Assembly: GCF_018350175.1 (NCBI RefSeq) | Contig: NC_058368.1 | Coordinates: 121,832,001 to 121,896,000 of the forward strand | Direction: 5' to 3' | Length of the DNA: 64,000 nucleotides | Source of the DNA: Felis catus | Taxonomy: Eukaryota | Shown here: one piece after another, positions 1 through 12,289 of the stretch | Numbering within the stretch: the stretch's first letter is position 1 | Layout of the letters: the number at the start of each line of letters is the position of its first letter | Translations under genes and position numbers: made by a program | Notes under the pieces: model-generated | Database searches by the model: none | Seen by the model: only the letters and a program-made list of their open reading frames with translations | What the model was told of the DNA's origin: nothing

Positions 1-1415
1 CCTATGGCTCATCAGGTTGTCCCAGTGTATCCCTGGGACAGGGACTCAGTCTCTTTTCCTCCCAGATTCTTGGGTTTCAAAGTCCTTTGGCTTCAACCCT
101 TCTTTGTTTGAGAGCTCTTTTTAAAAAATTTTTGTGTGTATCTGTTAAAGGCTTGGGGTTTGTAGTTGCCATGAGGTTCATATAAAACAATCCTTATGTT
201 CCTCTTGTTTGGATCTCTATGTGCTTCCTGAACCTAGATGTCTGTTTCATTTCTCAGGTTGGGAAGTTTTCAGTTGTTATTTTTTCAAATAGGTTTTCTC
301 ACCCTTTCTCTGTAATCTCTGTGCCCAGTGTGAGGCTCAAACTCCTGACAATGAGATTAAGTCACATGCTGTACTAACTGAGCCAGCCAGGTGCCTATAT
401 TCTCATTTTTAAAATTATTTTTTCTTTTCGTTATTCTTCTTGAGTGCTTTCCCTGACTGGAGCAGAGGAAGACCACTGGCCAGTGAGGGCCTAGGGTGCT
501 CCATGTAGGGAGTACCCTGGTGGGGCAGCTGGAGCCAAAGTAGTGCAGGCCTGGAGTGTTTGGGTTCTTTGCAATCATTGAAGAGTGATGAGACTCTTGG
601 AGTTGTAGTGAGCACTGACCAGGGGTGTCCTTATGTGCACCGCCCTGGGGCCACCTTGGTGGGAAGGCTTGAGATGGTGTGGGTAAGGGGCTAGGCTCAC
701 TGAAGTATCAGGCTGGCAAGGGTGCCCAAACCCTGCTATTATCTGTACTATCAAGGTGGAGGGGGAACATAAACTGTACTGCTTGCTAGCCCCGTGGACC
801 TAGAGAGAATTCCAGCAGCTTCCTCACTATTTGGCAGGGTTTTCTGGCTAGTTCCTTTATATTCTAGCTGCTTTTTTACTCTCTGGCTTTTTTTCCCCTC
901 TTTTCCCTAGAGCATCCAGGGCTAGTGTGGGCTAGCGGCCTGGAGCTCGCTTAGGTGGGAGACTGGCCATGGCACCTAGAATGTGCTCTGGCTGGCACTA
1001 TGGAGGTGAACAGGGAACATAAACCATTATCTTCACCAGCCTCTCAGACCCACAGAAAGTTCCAGCAGCTACTTGGCTATTTTGGGGAAAAAAACCTGTA
1101 TCTTTTTTTTGTGCACCAGGTCAGACAAATCTCACGGTCCCTCAGTACTGTCCTTCCCCACTGCAATTGGCTGCATCAGGAAGAGAGGGGTTCCCCTTCA
1201 TTACTGTCCCTTTGTCTCTCTTGCCTTTCTGGGCTACCCAGGCACCCCTGTGGTCTCTCTATTTTTTTTTTTTTTTTTGCTATGTAGAAGCTGTTCAGCC
1301 AGCCCTCAGTTCTTCTTCAGGAGGAATTTCTCTATAAATAGCTGTAGATTTAGTATATTCATAGAGGCAGTAAGTTCAGGGTCTTCCCATGTCACCATCT
1401 TGATCCAGAAACTCC
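1..1415 (-). mobile_element. L1 5' portion (ORF1 remnant plus 5'UTR), L1_Carn/L1MA9-like, with deletions
   Basis: 200-310 resembles antisense L1 ORF1. 450-720 holds degenerate 5'UTR monomers. 1170-1415 is an L1 5' terminus similar to 11480-11725. Confidence 0.7.
316..396 (-). mobile_element. Short Can-SINE (tRNA-derived head)
   Basis: ...tgtactaactgagccagccaggtgcc, the reverse complement of a Can-SINE 5' end. Confidence 0.75.
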
Positions 1416-1795
1416 ACTTTTTAAACTGCATAAAGTTACTGTGATATGGTAATTCCATGGATGAGATGTGAAGTATTATACATGGATAGCTACGAATGTG
1501 GAGTTTGAATCCTGTCTCCATGTCTCCCAATTCCAAATGGAGACCTAAGCACTGAGGTTACTGGGGGAACCTCAGTGGAGAAACATAATGAATTCAGTCT
1601 GAGATGACCTAGAGAAGGCTTCATTTGTAGCATTTGAAGTAGAACTTGAAGGATTTTCTATTGATGCTGTTGGTTGCCTTTTTAAAAGCCATTTCTTGCT
1701 TGTTTTTTGCTGAAAGCATCCTATTTTTTTTTTTTTTGAAGAATCTATCCTTTGTCAGTGTGACTCACAAATTTATTCTGATTTACTTAATTTGT

Positions 1796-2000
1796 AGGAT
1801 GGCAAACAGCCAAATCCAGTGTAACTGTTGTTTTGTAAATAAAGTTTATTAGGATGAGTCACTCATGGGTTTATGCTTTGTCTATGGCTACTTTGCACTA
1901 CAGAGGCAGAGCAGAATGGTTGTAATAGAGCCCACATAGCCCACAAACCCTAAAATATTGGTTATCTGGCCCTTTACAGAAAAAAAATTGTTGACATCTG
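1796..2000. mobile_element. MER58A-like hAT MITE
   Basis: ttttgtaaataaagtttatt ... tatctggccctttacagaaaaa hallmark segments. Confidence 0.75.
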
Positions 2001-2538
2001 ATGTAATTCATTAGGGTATTTCCAATCTTCTTTCCAGTGCCTGATTTAGGAATGAGAATGAGACACAATTTTGGCCAGGGAGAATGGTCTAGGGAAGCTG
2101 CTGACTTACCTTAGTGACCAAAAGAGGCCCTCAAGAAGGCTCCCCACTTCTTTTGCTACATGTGTTTTTTGACTGGATGTGCTGTCTCATGCTAAGTTAA
2201 CTTACTGAGCTTAAAGAGAATTAGCCTAAGAAGAAGAGGGTGTACCAAAGATATCAAACTGATACATTGTCACTTTTGTCCTTGATGGTCCCTTGAAACT
2301 GCTAAAGTAACAATTCTTGGAACCATCTTATCTACAGATTCTTTTGATATGTGGTGTAATAAATTTTCAGTATTGCTTAACTCAGTTGAGTCAGGGTTTT
2401 CTTATTTGCAGCCAGGAGCAATAGGAAAATAACTGCAGATAGGGTGTAAAGGACAAATTTGAGTGATGCAAAGCTGAGGTTACTGAAAATAGGTTTCTAC
2501 CTACTTGACTGAGAACCACTGGTCTAGAGGAGGAACTC

Positions 2539-2726
2539 TGCTATTAACCGAAGTGTGGTCCCTAAAACAACAGAACCGGCATTATTTGGAAGCTAGTTAA
2601 GAGATCCAGATTCTGAGGTCCCAACCTGGACCTACTGAAACAGAATCTCTGCTGAGGTGGGCCCAGCAATCTGGATTTTAAGGAGCTCTCCAAGTTCTGA
2701 TGCATGCTCAACTTGGAAGACCATTG
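2539..2726. mobile_element. MER5A-like hAT MITE
   Basis: aagtgtggtccc ... gacctactgaaacagaatctctg ... gggcccagcaatctg ... ttctgatgcatgctca. Confidence 0.75.
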
Positions 2727-2774
2727 CTCTAGACAGTTCATAGGTACTTATAACATTACTAGGGAGTTTTTTTG

Positions 2775-2993
2775 TTTTTCCTTTTTTTAAACTTTATTTT
2801 GAGAGAGAGAGAGAGAGGAAGCAAGCATAAATTGGGGAGGAACCAAGAGAGAGAGCAGGAGAGAGAATCCCAAGCAGGCTCCGTGCTATCAGTGTAGAGC
2901 CAGGGTAGGGGCTTGATCCCAAGAACTGTGATATCATAACCTGAGCTGAAGTCAAGAGTCAGATGCTGAACTGACTGAGCCATCCAGGTGCCC
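2775..2993 (-). mobile_element. Can-SINE (SINEC_Fc type)
   Basis: Poly-T, (GA)n, agagaatcccaagcaggctccgtgct, ending gactgagccatccaggtgccc. Imperfect TSD. Confidence 0.9.
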
Positions 2994-3749
2994 TAGGAAT
3001 TTTTTTTTCTTAACAAAAAAAATGGTATAATTTATTTGAGAAAAAGGGATGGATCAGAATCATTTTTCAGGGAGGTAGTAGTAATGGTATTCATACCACG
3101 TGAGTTAAGAATTGGTGAAGTATGGAATATTGCTAGCAATAAGCTAATTAAATTTTAAATAAGAAAAGAAAGTGTCCAGGTTCTTGGCTCATTTGCATTC
3201 TAATTCAAAAGGCCCTCTTTCTATGGATGTAAAGAAAATCAAATTAATTATGCCATTGTTGTTTTGCACTGTAGATTAAGGACATTACATTCATCAGTGA
3301 CACTGTACATTTTGAAGTCTATTAATTATCACTTCCTAGGTTAGAGGAGAAACCTGTTCTTTTGCAGCCTTTGCTGACCTCATTCATGCAAACAGCATTT
3401 ATTGAACCTTCTAAGAGAAAAGGTACTTGGTAAAGAAAAACGGAATGTAGAATATTTTCAAGTTTTTCTATAGGCAGTTTAAGTATATGGATTTAAAATG
3501 TAATGAAAAGGCATAAATGAAAACTCAGAAATGGAAATGGAGACCACACATCTAAAAATTTACAGCTCTTTGGCAAATTTCTTTATCACAACCATATACT
3601 AAGAGAACACTTAAAAGTTTGTCAGTACAACTCGAGATCACCCCTAAAATTCATGACCTGAAGCAGGGATCAAGGGGTTTCATTTCACATGCTGACTTTG
3701 ATTGATGGGTAGAGGCTGCTTATGTCCTGTTTGGGGAAGAAAACATGTC

Positions 3750-4135
3750 TGTCTTAATCATCCCAGGCTGCAGTAACAAAATAGCAGATTGGCTGACTTG
3801 AACAACAGGAATTTATTTCTCATAGTTCTGGAGACTGGAAGTCCAAGATCAATGTGCCAACAAGGTCAGTGTGTGGGGGCTCTCTGATTGGTTTGCAGAT
3901 GGCCACTTGTCACTGTGTCCTCACATAACCTTTTCTTCGTGTGTGCAGGTAAATGGAAGATTTGATGTCTCTTCTTAAAAAAAGCATTAATCTCATCATG
4001 AGGGTCCCACACTCATGACTTAAGCTAACCTCAGTCACCTTTCAAAGGCTCCATTTTCCAAATAGCATCAGACTGAGGGCGTTAGGGCTTCAACATAGGA
4101 ATTTTGGGGCAGTGGATATAATTCAGTCCATAAAC
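3750..4135 (-). mobile_element. MLT1A-like MaLR solo LTR
   Basis: aatttatttctcatagttctggagactggaagtccaagatca ... gttagggcttcaacatagga ... attcagtccataaaca. Confidence 0.8.
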
Positions 4136-4449
4136 ATGTCTGAGGATCCTGTCTGGCTTAGTGAGAAAGTTGTGTTTAATTGATAATATCTGTAATGGTT
4201 GCAGAAATGACTGAGGTTACATTATGGGTGTTAGGTAATTATTACCCTTACCCTAATTTCACTTTTAGTCAAGTGGAGTAACTTCATTTATAAGGCAGAA
4301 ATCCAGCTCAAGCTGTTTGAAGCAAAACAGAATTTATTACCTCCTATAGTGAAGTAGCCTGGGTAAGGGCTTTGGGCCCATTTTGATCTTGTGCTGAAAT
4401 GATACAAGGCTTGGTTTCTCTCTCGGCACCGTTGACAGTAATCAAGACG

Positions 4450-4880
4450 ATAATGGTAGTAGCAACTAACACATACAGCACCTCAGTGTGCCAGGCTCCG
4501 TTTTAAGCATTTTAAATTTACAACTTCATGTAATCTTCATAATGAGTATATGAGGTAGGTGATACTGGTATATCCATTTACAGATGAAGAAAGCAAGGCA
4601 TGGATATATTAACTTGTTCAGGACACTGCAAGTAATAGAATCAAGATGTGAATCTGTGTGTTGTGGCTACAGCCCATGGTCTGAATCAGGGTCTGGCAAA
4701 CCATGGCCTATGGGCCAAATCCTACCTCTATCCATTGTTGTAAATAAAGTTTTATGGAACACAGATGCATTCATTTATTATGAGTAGGGGTTTTTGCACT
4801 AAAATGACAGAGTAGTTACAAGAGACTGTACAGCCTGTAAAGCCTAAATTATTTAATACAGAAAGAGTTGGTCAACTTGA
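4450..4880. mobile_element. MIR (about 4450-4680) followed by MER58A-like MITE (about 4687-4880)
   Basis: MIR core atccatttacagatgaagaaa; MER58 cagggtctggcaaaccatggcctatgggccaaatcc ... gtaaataaagttttatggaacacag. Confidence 0.7.
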
Positions 4881-5454
4881 GCTCTAAATCACTGTGATCC
4901 ATTGGATTCTATCGTTCTCAGGCTTCAAATGTTGGCAAGATGGCTGCAACCGCTCCTTTCTCTTATCCTTTTTTGGTTCATATTCATCAAGGAAGAGCCT
5001 ATCCAATTCCTTGATGGCTCAAACAAAGCCTTAGAATTGAGCCTTGCTGATCCTGTTTGGCCTACTTTAGGTTCTCTGTGAACTGTGGCAGGTCCAGTTG
5101 GAAATTGTTCTGAGGTCAGCCTTTTTCAAGGTCCATGGTCTGGTGTTGAGAGAGAGTGATCTACCATAAGAAACATCTAAATATCTTAAAAGAAGGAAGG
5201 TAGAATTCTGGGCTGGACACCAACTAGAGGTTGTTCTTTTGGGGAACTGTTAAGGAAAAGGTCATGGAAGATGGGAAAAAGAGGAAAGATTCTGAAAGAG
5301 AAGGAGAGAATTTCAGTGTACACCCATCTCCTAGATTGAGAACTAGCTTTTTTTTTCATTAGAGGTGCTGTGCCCTATGTAACTTGCCTGTATTGTTACT
5401 TGCCTTGTACAGGGCTCTTGATTTGCAGTCATGTTTTTTTTTTTTTTTTTTCTC

Positions 5455-7040
5455 CAAGATTAAAAATAATGAGATGTAATACACAGAAAATTGAATAGGT
5501 CAAATGTAGAACATCATGTAGAGTTATTATAAAGGGAAATAAATTGGTTTTGAGCTGGCTTCCCAGAAACCCTCTGAATGCCTACTCCTACTCCCACCCC
5601 CTTCTTTCTTGTAAACGTAACTATTAACATTAATTTTACAGTAATCACTTCCTTGTTTTTCTCCATAGCTTCACCACCTAAGTAAGCATTTCAAACATTA
5701 TAGTTTAGTTTTGCCTGTGTGTATATTTTCTGTAATTGTAATCATGAAACAGTTATTCTTTTGTCTGTTTCTTAGTACTCAGTCTCCTATTTGTAAAATT
5801 CATCCATGGTTTTCTAAGTTGTAGTTGACAAATTTTTGTTAATAGTAGTCCATTTTTGTGAGATGAATGTATTCTTTTGTTCTGTGGGTGGTCATTCGTG
5901 TTTTCTCATTTTAGCATTTACAGATAGTGTTGCTGTGAACTTGTCACTTAGTGCATGCATTTGTTGCATATAGGCTTAAAAGTGGAATAAGCTGCTGGAT
6001 CATAGGGTGTGAATATCTCTAGACAGTGCCACACTGTTTTTCGAAGTAATAGGTTTACAGTCTCACCAGGAGCATAGGAGGGTTCCAGTTGTGCCATATC
6101 TTTGCCAGCACTTGTTAGTGTCAGTCCTAATTTCATTCGTTTTTTTTTTTTTTTTTTTTTTTTTTTTTGGCTATATGGTACTATTTACATTTCTCTGATG
6201 ACTAAATAGAGCACATTTTATATGTTCATTGATTTTCTGGACGTCTTCTTTGCTGAAAAGAGTCTATTGCCCACTTTTCTACTGGATTTCTGCTTTTTAT
6301 TTGTTTTGTTTATTCTTCTTAAATTTTATTTTTTTCTGGTGTTCTCAGTTATTTGATTTTATTTAATTTTTAAATAAAATTTGTTGTCAAATGGCTTCCA
6401 TAAACACCCAGTGCTCATCCCAGCAAGTGCCCTGTCAGTACCCATCATCCACTTTGCCCTCTGTTTATTAGTTTCGTGTGTACAACAGTGATTGAACATT
6501 TTTATACATGACTCAATGATGTCACAGTAAGGATAGTGGTCATTTGTCACCATACAATGTTATTACAATATACCTAGTATATCGATATTATATATTATAG
6601 TATTATGTTATTGGTTTGTTATATTATTCTGTATTTTTCGTCTTCATGACTTACTTTATAACTAGAAGTTTGTACCTCTTAATCCCCTTTATCTATCGAC
6701 CCCACCCACCTCCCCTCTGGCAACCCCTAGTTTGTGTACTGTATTTAAGAGTCCATTTGATTTTTTTGTTTATTCATTTGTTTTGTAGATTTCACATATA
6801 AGTGAAGTCATATGGTATCTGTTCTTGCTGTCTTCTTTCACTTAGCATGATACTCACTAGGTCCATCCACGTTGTCACAGATACCAGTATTTTAGATTTT
6901 ATCCATTCCAATAGGGTGTATAGGTGTTTTATATGGTTGCTCCTCACATTCTAATTTGTATTATCTAATGACCTATGCATATTAGCTGTCAGTATATATT
7001 TTTGGTGAGGTATCTGTTGAGATATTTTTTCCTTTTTTAA
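5455..7040 (-). mobile_element. Nested L1 3'-end fragments (old L1M interrupted by younger carnivore L1 3' ends)
   Basis: Antisense L1 3'UTR motifs. A feliform-type L1 tail at ~6357-6462 (ttgtcaaatggcttccataaacacccagtgctcatccc) and an L1MA9/Carn-like tail at ~6465-6890. Confidence 0.7.
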
Positions 7041-7524
7041 AAACCAGTTTTTATATTGAAGTATAGCTGACACACACTATTGTATTCAGGTGTATGGTTT
7101 ATAGTAGAGTGATTTGACATCTTTTATGTTATGCTGTGCTCACCACAAGTGTAGCTCCCATCTGTCTCTGTACAATGCTATTACACTATGATTAATTAGA
7201 TTCCCTTTGCTGGACCTTTCATCCTGTGACTTAGTTATCACACAACTGGAAGCCTGTACGACCAACTCCATTCACCTATTTTGACAATCCCTCTTTCTGC
7301 CTCTGCTCTGTCAACTTTCACTTTGTTTTCTGTATTTACAAGTCTGTCTCTGCTTTTCTGCTTTTTATTGTTGGGTCATTTGTTTTGTTTTTTAGATCAC
7401 ACATAGAAGTGAAATATAGTGTTTGTTTCTCTGACTTATTTTACTTAGCACAATACCTTCTAGGTCCATCCATGTTACTGCAAATGGCAAGATATCATTC
7501 TTTTTATGGCCGAATAATATTCCA

Positions 7525-7526
<2 letters not shown>

Positions 7527-7564
<38 letters not shown>
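7527..7564. repeat. (TG)n microsatellite
   Basis: Uninterrupted TG run of about 19 units. Confidence 0.95.
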
Positions 7565-7565
<1 letters not shown>

Positions 7566-8534
7566 TGTTATACATAACCATACATCTTTATACACACCAT
7601 ATCATCTTTATCTATTCATGTGTTGATAAACACTTGGGTTGCTTCCATACCTTGACCATTGTAAATAATGCTGCATTGAAAATGAAAGTGTATATATCTT
7701 TTTGAATTTATGTTTTAATTTCTTTGGATAAATACCCAGTAGTTACATTACTGGATCATATGATAATTATCTTTTTAATTTTTTTGAGGAACTTCAACAC
7801 TATTTTCCACAGTGGCTGCACCAATTTATATTCCCAACAATCATTTGTGATGTTTCCTCTTTCTCTACATCCTCTCCAACTCTTATTATTCATTGTTCTT
7901 TTGATTCTAGACATTCTGACAAATATAAGGTGACACCTCACTGTGGTTTTGGTTTGAATTTCCATGACGATTAGTGATGTTGAGTATCTTTTCATGTGTC
8001 TATTGGCTATTTGTACGTCTTATTTGGAAAGATAGGTTCTCGGCCAATTTTAAATGGAATTATTTGGGGTATTATGAATTGTTTTTGGTATTACATAGGT
8101 TCTTTGTGTTTTGCATGTTAATCCTTTATTGGATATATCATTTGCAAATAACATCTCCCATTCATTATGTTAGCTTTTTGTTAAGTGTTTCCTTCATTGT
8201 GCACAAGCTTTTTATTTTGGTGTAGTCTCAATAGTTTATTTTTGTTTTTGTTTCTCTTGTCTGAGGAGATATATCAGGTCTCATATTTAGGTCCTTAATC
8301 CATTTTGAGGTTTGTGTGTGTGTGCGCATGTGTGTGGGGAGGGGGGGCAGTTAGGAAAGTGGCACAGTTTCTTTCTTTGCTTGTAGCTGTCCAGTTTTTG
8401 CAGCACTATTTATTGAAGAGACTGTTTTTTCCCCCTTGTATGTTTTTGCCTCCTTTGTCATAGATTAATTGACAATATATGCATGGGTTTGTTTCTGGAC
8501 TTATTCTCTTCTGTTGATCTATATGTCTATTTTT

Positions 8535-8731
8535 TTAAAAAAAGCTTTTAAAAAAGTTTATTTTGAGAGAGAGGGAGAGAGAGAATTAGAGAAAGAATCT
8601 CAAGCACACTCTGTACCATCAGTGCAGATGGTGGCTCAAACTCACATGGGGTTGAACTCAAGAATAGTGAGATCATGACCTGAGTTGTATTCAAGAATCT
8701 GATGCTTAACTGACTGAGCCACCCAGGCACC
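8535..8731 (-). mobile_element. Can-SINE inserted in L1 ORF2
   Basis: Perfect 17-bp TSD TCTATATGTCTATTTTT at 8518-8534 and 8732-8748. Confidence 0.92.
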
Positions 8732-9930
8732 TCTATATGTCTATTTTTGAGCCAGTACCATTTTGTTTTGATCAGTGCAGCTTTGTAGTATATCTTGAAA
8801 TCTGGGGTGCTGATACCTGTTTTGCTCTTTCCAAAGATGGCTTTGGCTTTTGGCGTCTTTTGTTGTTTCATACAAATTTTGGTATGAGTTCTAGTTCTAT
8901 GAAAACCACTATTGGTATTTTAATCAGGACTGAGTTGAATCTGTAGATTGCTTTGGGTAGTATGGATATTTTAACAATATCCATCCAATTCATGACCATG
9001 GTATATCTTTCCACTTGCTTGTGTTGTTTTTAATTTCTTTCACCAAAGTTTTTTAGGTTTTGGTGTATACGTCTTTCACCTCCTTGATGACCTTTATTCC
9101 CAGTTATTTTATTCATTTTGGTGCAATTATAAAGGGAATTTATAGTATTCCTGTTACTTCTTGATGAGGGTATAAAAATGTAACATATTTTTATATATTT
9201 TGTATCCTGCAACTTGACTAATTCATTCGTTACTTCTGATAGTTTTTTGTTAAGAGGACTTTAGGGTTTCCTGTGTCAAGTGTCATGTCATCTGTGAATA
9301 GTGACTTTTTTATTTTTTGCTACCAACTTAGATGTCTTTTTATTTCTTTTATTTGTCTGATTGTTATGAGTAGGACTTGCATAAAAGTTGAATAAAAGTG
9401 ACGAGAGTAGACACCTTTGGTTCCTGATCTTAGAGGAACAGCTCTCACTTTTTCAACATTGAGAATGATGTTAGCTGTGGGTTTGTCATAGATGGCCTTT
9501 ATTATGTTGAATTATGTTTCCTCTAAACCCGGTTTGAGAGTTTTTATTATGAAATGTTGGATTTTGTGAAATTGTTTTTCTGCACCCATTGAGATGATCA
9601 TATGATTCTTTCCTTTGTTTTGTTAATGTGGTCTATCATGTTGGTTGAATACTGAACCATCCTTGCATCTCTGGAATACATACCACTCATTCATTGTGAA
9701 TGATCCTTTTAATGTATTGTTGAAAGTAGTTTGCTAATATTTTGTTGAGGGATTTTTGCATCTATGTTCATCTATCTTGATCATGTTTTCATGGGTCTTT
9801 TTTTTTCTCAGTTTCTATGCCTTTTATTACCACTCTTTAATATTTCCTTCCTTCCACTAACTTTAGGCTTTGTTCTTTTTTAGTTCCTTTGGGTACAAGC
9901 TTATATTGTTGATTTGAACTTTTTCTTATT

Positions 9931-10126
9931 TCTTTCTTTTAAGTTTATTTATTTAGAGAGAGATAAGACAATTGGGGAAAGGGCACAGAGAGAAGGAGGG
10001 AGAGAGAATCCAAAATAGGCTCTGCACTGTCAGCACAATGCCTGATGTGGGGCTTGAACTCAAGAACCATCATATCATGATCTGAGCCAAAGTAGATGCC
10101 GAACCAACGGAGCCACCCAGACATGC
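9931..10126 (-). mobile_element. Can-SINE inserted in L1 ORF2
   Basis: SINE body ggctctgcactgtcagcaca. Imperfect TSD tgaactttttcttatt / tgagcttttccttatt. Confidence 0.85.
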
Positions 10127-10327
10127 TGAGCTTTTCCTTATTGCTTGAGGTGGGCCTGGATTGCTATAAATTTGTCTTTGAACGGCTTTTCCTCCATCGC
10201 AGAGATTATGGACTGTTGTGCTTTGATTTTCATTCTTCTTCATGAATTTTTTTTCACTTCCTCTTCAATTTTTCCATTGTCCAATGGGTTGTTGAGTAGC
10301 ACGTTGTTTAGCTTTATTTGTTGTTTA

Positions 10328-10329
<2 letters not shown>

Positions 10330-10370
<41 letters not shown>
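10330..10370. repeat. (TG)n microsatellite
   Basis: Uninterrupted TG run of about 20 units. Confidence 0.95.
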
Positions 10371-10373
<3 letters not shown>

Positions 10374-10749
10374 AGGGCTTTTTTTTCCAGAGGAGCCTAT
10401 GATTGATTTGTAAATTTATACCATTGTGGTTGGAAAAGATGCATGATAGAATTTCATTCTTCTTAAATTTATTGACACTTATTTTGTAAATTGACATGTG
10501 ATCTGTCCTATAGAATGTTCTATGTATGCTTGAAAAGAATGGGTATTCTGTTTTTTTTTTTTTATGAAATATTCTCTTTGGCTCTATTAAGTCCATCTAG
10601 TCTAAAGTATTGTTCAGTGATGCTGTTTGCTTCTTGATTTTCTGCCTGAATGATCTATCTGTTGAAGTAAATGGAGGCATTAATTTCTGCAACTATTAGT
10701 ATATTACAGTCAGTTTCTCTCTGGGATGAGATAGTTTCTGTACTATTGG

Positions 10750-11290
10750 GATGGTTGGAGCTGAAGTGGGCATGGGCTGATGTGATTCCAGGACTCTCCA
10801 CATAAAGAGTGCCCCGTCTGGACAGCTGAAGCTGAAGTGGGTGCATGGTAGGGGTTCCCAGGGCTCTCCATATAGAGGTGCCTTGGAAGGATAGCTGAAG
10901 CTAAAGTGGGTACAAGCCAGGAGGTCCTGGGGCTCTCCACACAGAAAATACCCTGGCAGGCTGGCTGAACCCCAGGCAGATAGGGGCCAGCATGTCTTGG
11001 GGTATTCCGGGCAGGGAGTGCTTTGTTGGGGTGAATGGAGCTGAAGCAGGCATGAGCCAAGAGGTCCAGGAGTGATCTGAGTCCAGGGTACCCTAGCAAT
11101 TAGTCCAGAGCCAACGTGGTATGGGTCTAGAGTGTTCTGGAGGTGCTTTGCTCCTGTGTCACCTTAATGAGATGGCTGGAGCTATAGTGAGTGCTGACCA
11201 GGGGTGTGCTGGTGTGTGCTGCACTGAGGCCACCTTAGTGGGAGGGCTTGGGCTAGTGTGGGCAAGGGGCCCCAGAGCTGGCCAGTGATA
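10750..11290. repeat. Degenerate ~70-bp tandem array (about 8 units) in an L1 5'UTR
   Basis: GCTGAAGTGGG-like anchor at 10760, 10831, 10900, 11040, 11110, 11181 and 11252; the unit expected near 10970 is more diverged. Confidence 0.75.
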
Positions 11291-11761
11291 GTGCCTCGAA
11301 TCTGTTCCCATGTGCACTATTAAGGTGCACAGGGAACTTAGATTGGGTGCTTAAACCTGCGAGCGCTACAGCAGCTCCTCCATCATTTGGCAGACTCTAA
11401 GGCTTTTTCCTTTATATTCCAGATGCCCTCTTAAACTGAGGCTTTTATTCTATGCCCCAGGTCAGATGAATCTGCTCACACCCCTTAGTACTATCCTTCC
11501 CCATTGGAGTTTGCTGGGTGGGAGGTGAGGCTGCCTCCCTTGTTACCTTGGCTGAGACATACCCTCTTGTCATTCTGTGGTCTTTTGTTGTGCAGAAGCT
11601 GTTCAGTCAGTCCTCAGTTCCTCTTCAGGGAGAATTGCTCTATAAGTGGCTGCAGACTTGGTGTGTCCCTGGAAGAGGTGGATTCAGGATCTTCCTATGT
11701 TGCCACTTTGGTTCAGAACCCTGTTGTTTTTTTTAAATAGATTGATAGGAACTGTATTTTC

Positions 11762-11998
11762 TTTTTTTTATTTTAATATTTTATTTTTGAGAGAGAGAGA
11801 AAGAGAGAGAGAGAGAGATGGAGTGTGAGCAGAGGGGGGGCAGAGAGAGAGAGGGAGACACAGAATCTGAAACAGGCTCCAGGCTTTGAGCTATTAGCAC
11901 AGGCCAGATGCAGGGCTTGAACCCATGAACCATGAACCATATGAGATCATGACCTGAGTCAAGTTAGACGCTTACCTGACTGAGCCACCCAGAAGCCT
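11762..11998 (-). mobile_element. Can-SINE (SINEC_Fc type)
   Basis: (GA)n, gacacagaatctgaaacaggctccaggct. TSD aactgtattttc on both sides. Confidence 0.9.
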
Positions 11999-12289
11999 TG
12001 AAACTGTATTTTCCAGTGGGCAAATTTCTACTCCCTTATCTCTGAAACATGCTTTGCCTACGGTTCTTGTGACTCTAATGCTTCCTTCTTTATTACTTGG
12101 GATGTGCGCCCTCACCCCTGAGTGTGCCCCCCAGGATCCTCTCCACCGCTGGAAGAGTTTTGATCTGCACTCTCCCTGTGCCATTCCCTCCATAAAGGCC
12201 AGGACACGCTGATGACTAACGCTCTGTCATATCCAGTAATATCTAGGTCATAGTACTTTCTCTCTCTCTCTCTCCCTCCCTCCCTCCCT

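Larger units (their letters stand above)
7045..11725 (-). mobile_element. Degenerate, internally deleted L1 (3'UTR, ORF2 remnants, 5'UTR monomer array, 5' end)
   Basis: ORF2-like peptides: 7392-7595 (ILPFAVTWMDLEGIVLSKISQ), 7756-7995 (LVQPLWK), 8548-8871 (PDFKIYYKA), 10240-10596 (endonuclease C-terminus, EYPFFSSIH..DHM). All broken by stops and frameshifts. Confidence 0.88.

Noticed and set aside
10750..11290. Regularly spaced repeats resembling a CRISPR array
   Set aside because: Eukaryotic L1 context, whole units homologous, no unique spacers, no cas genes.
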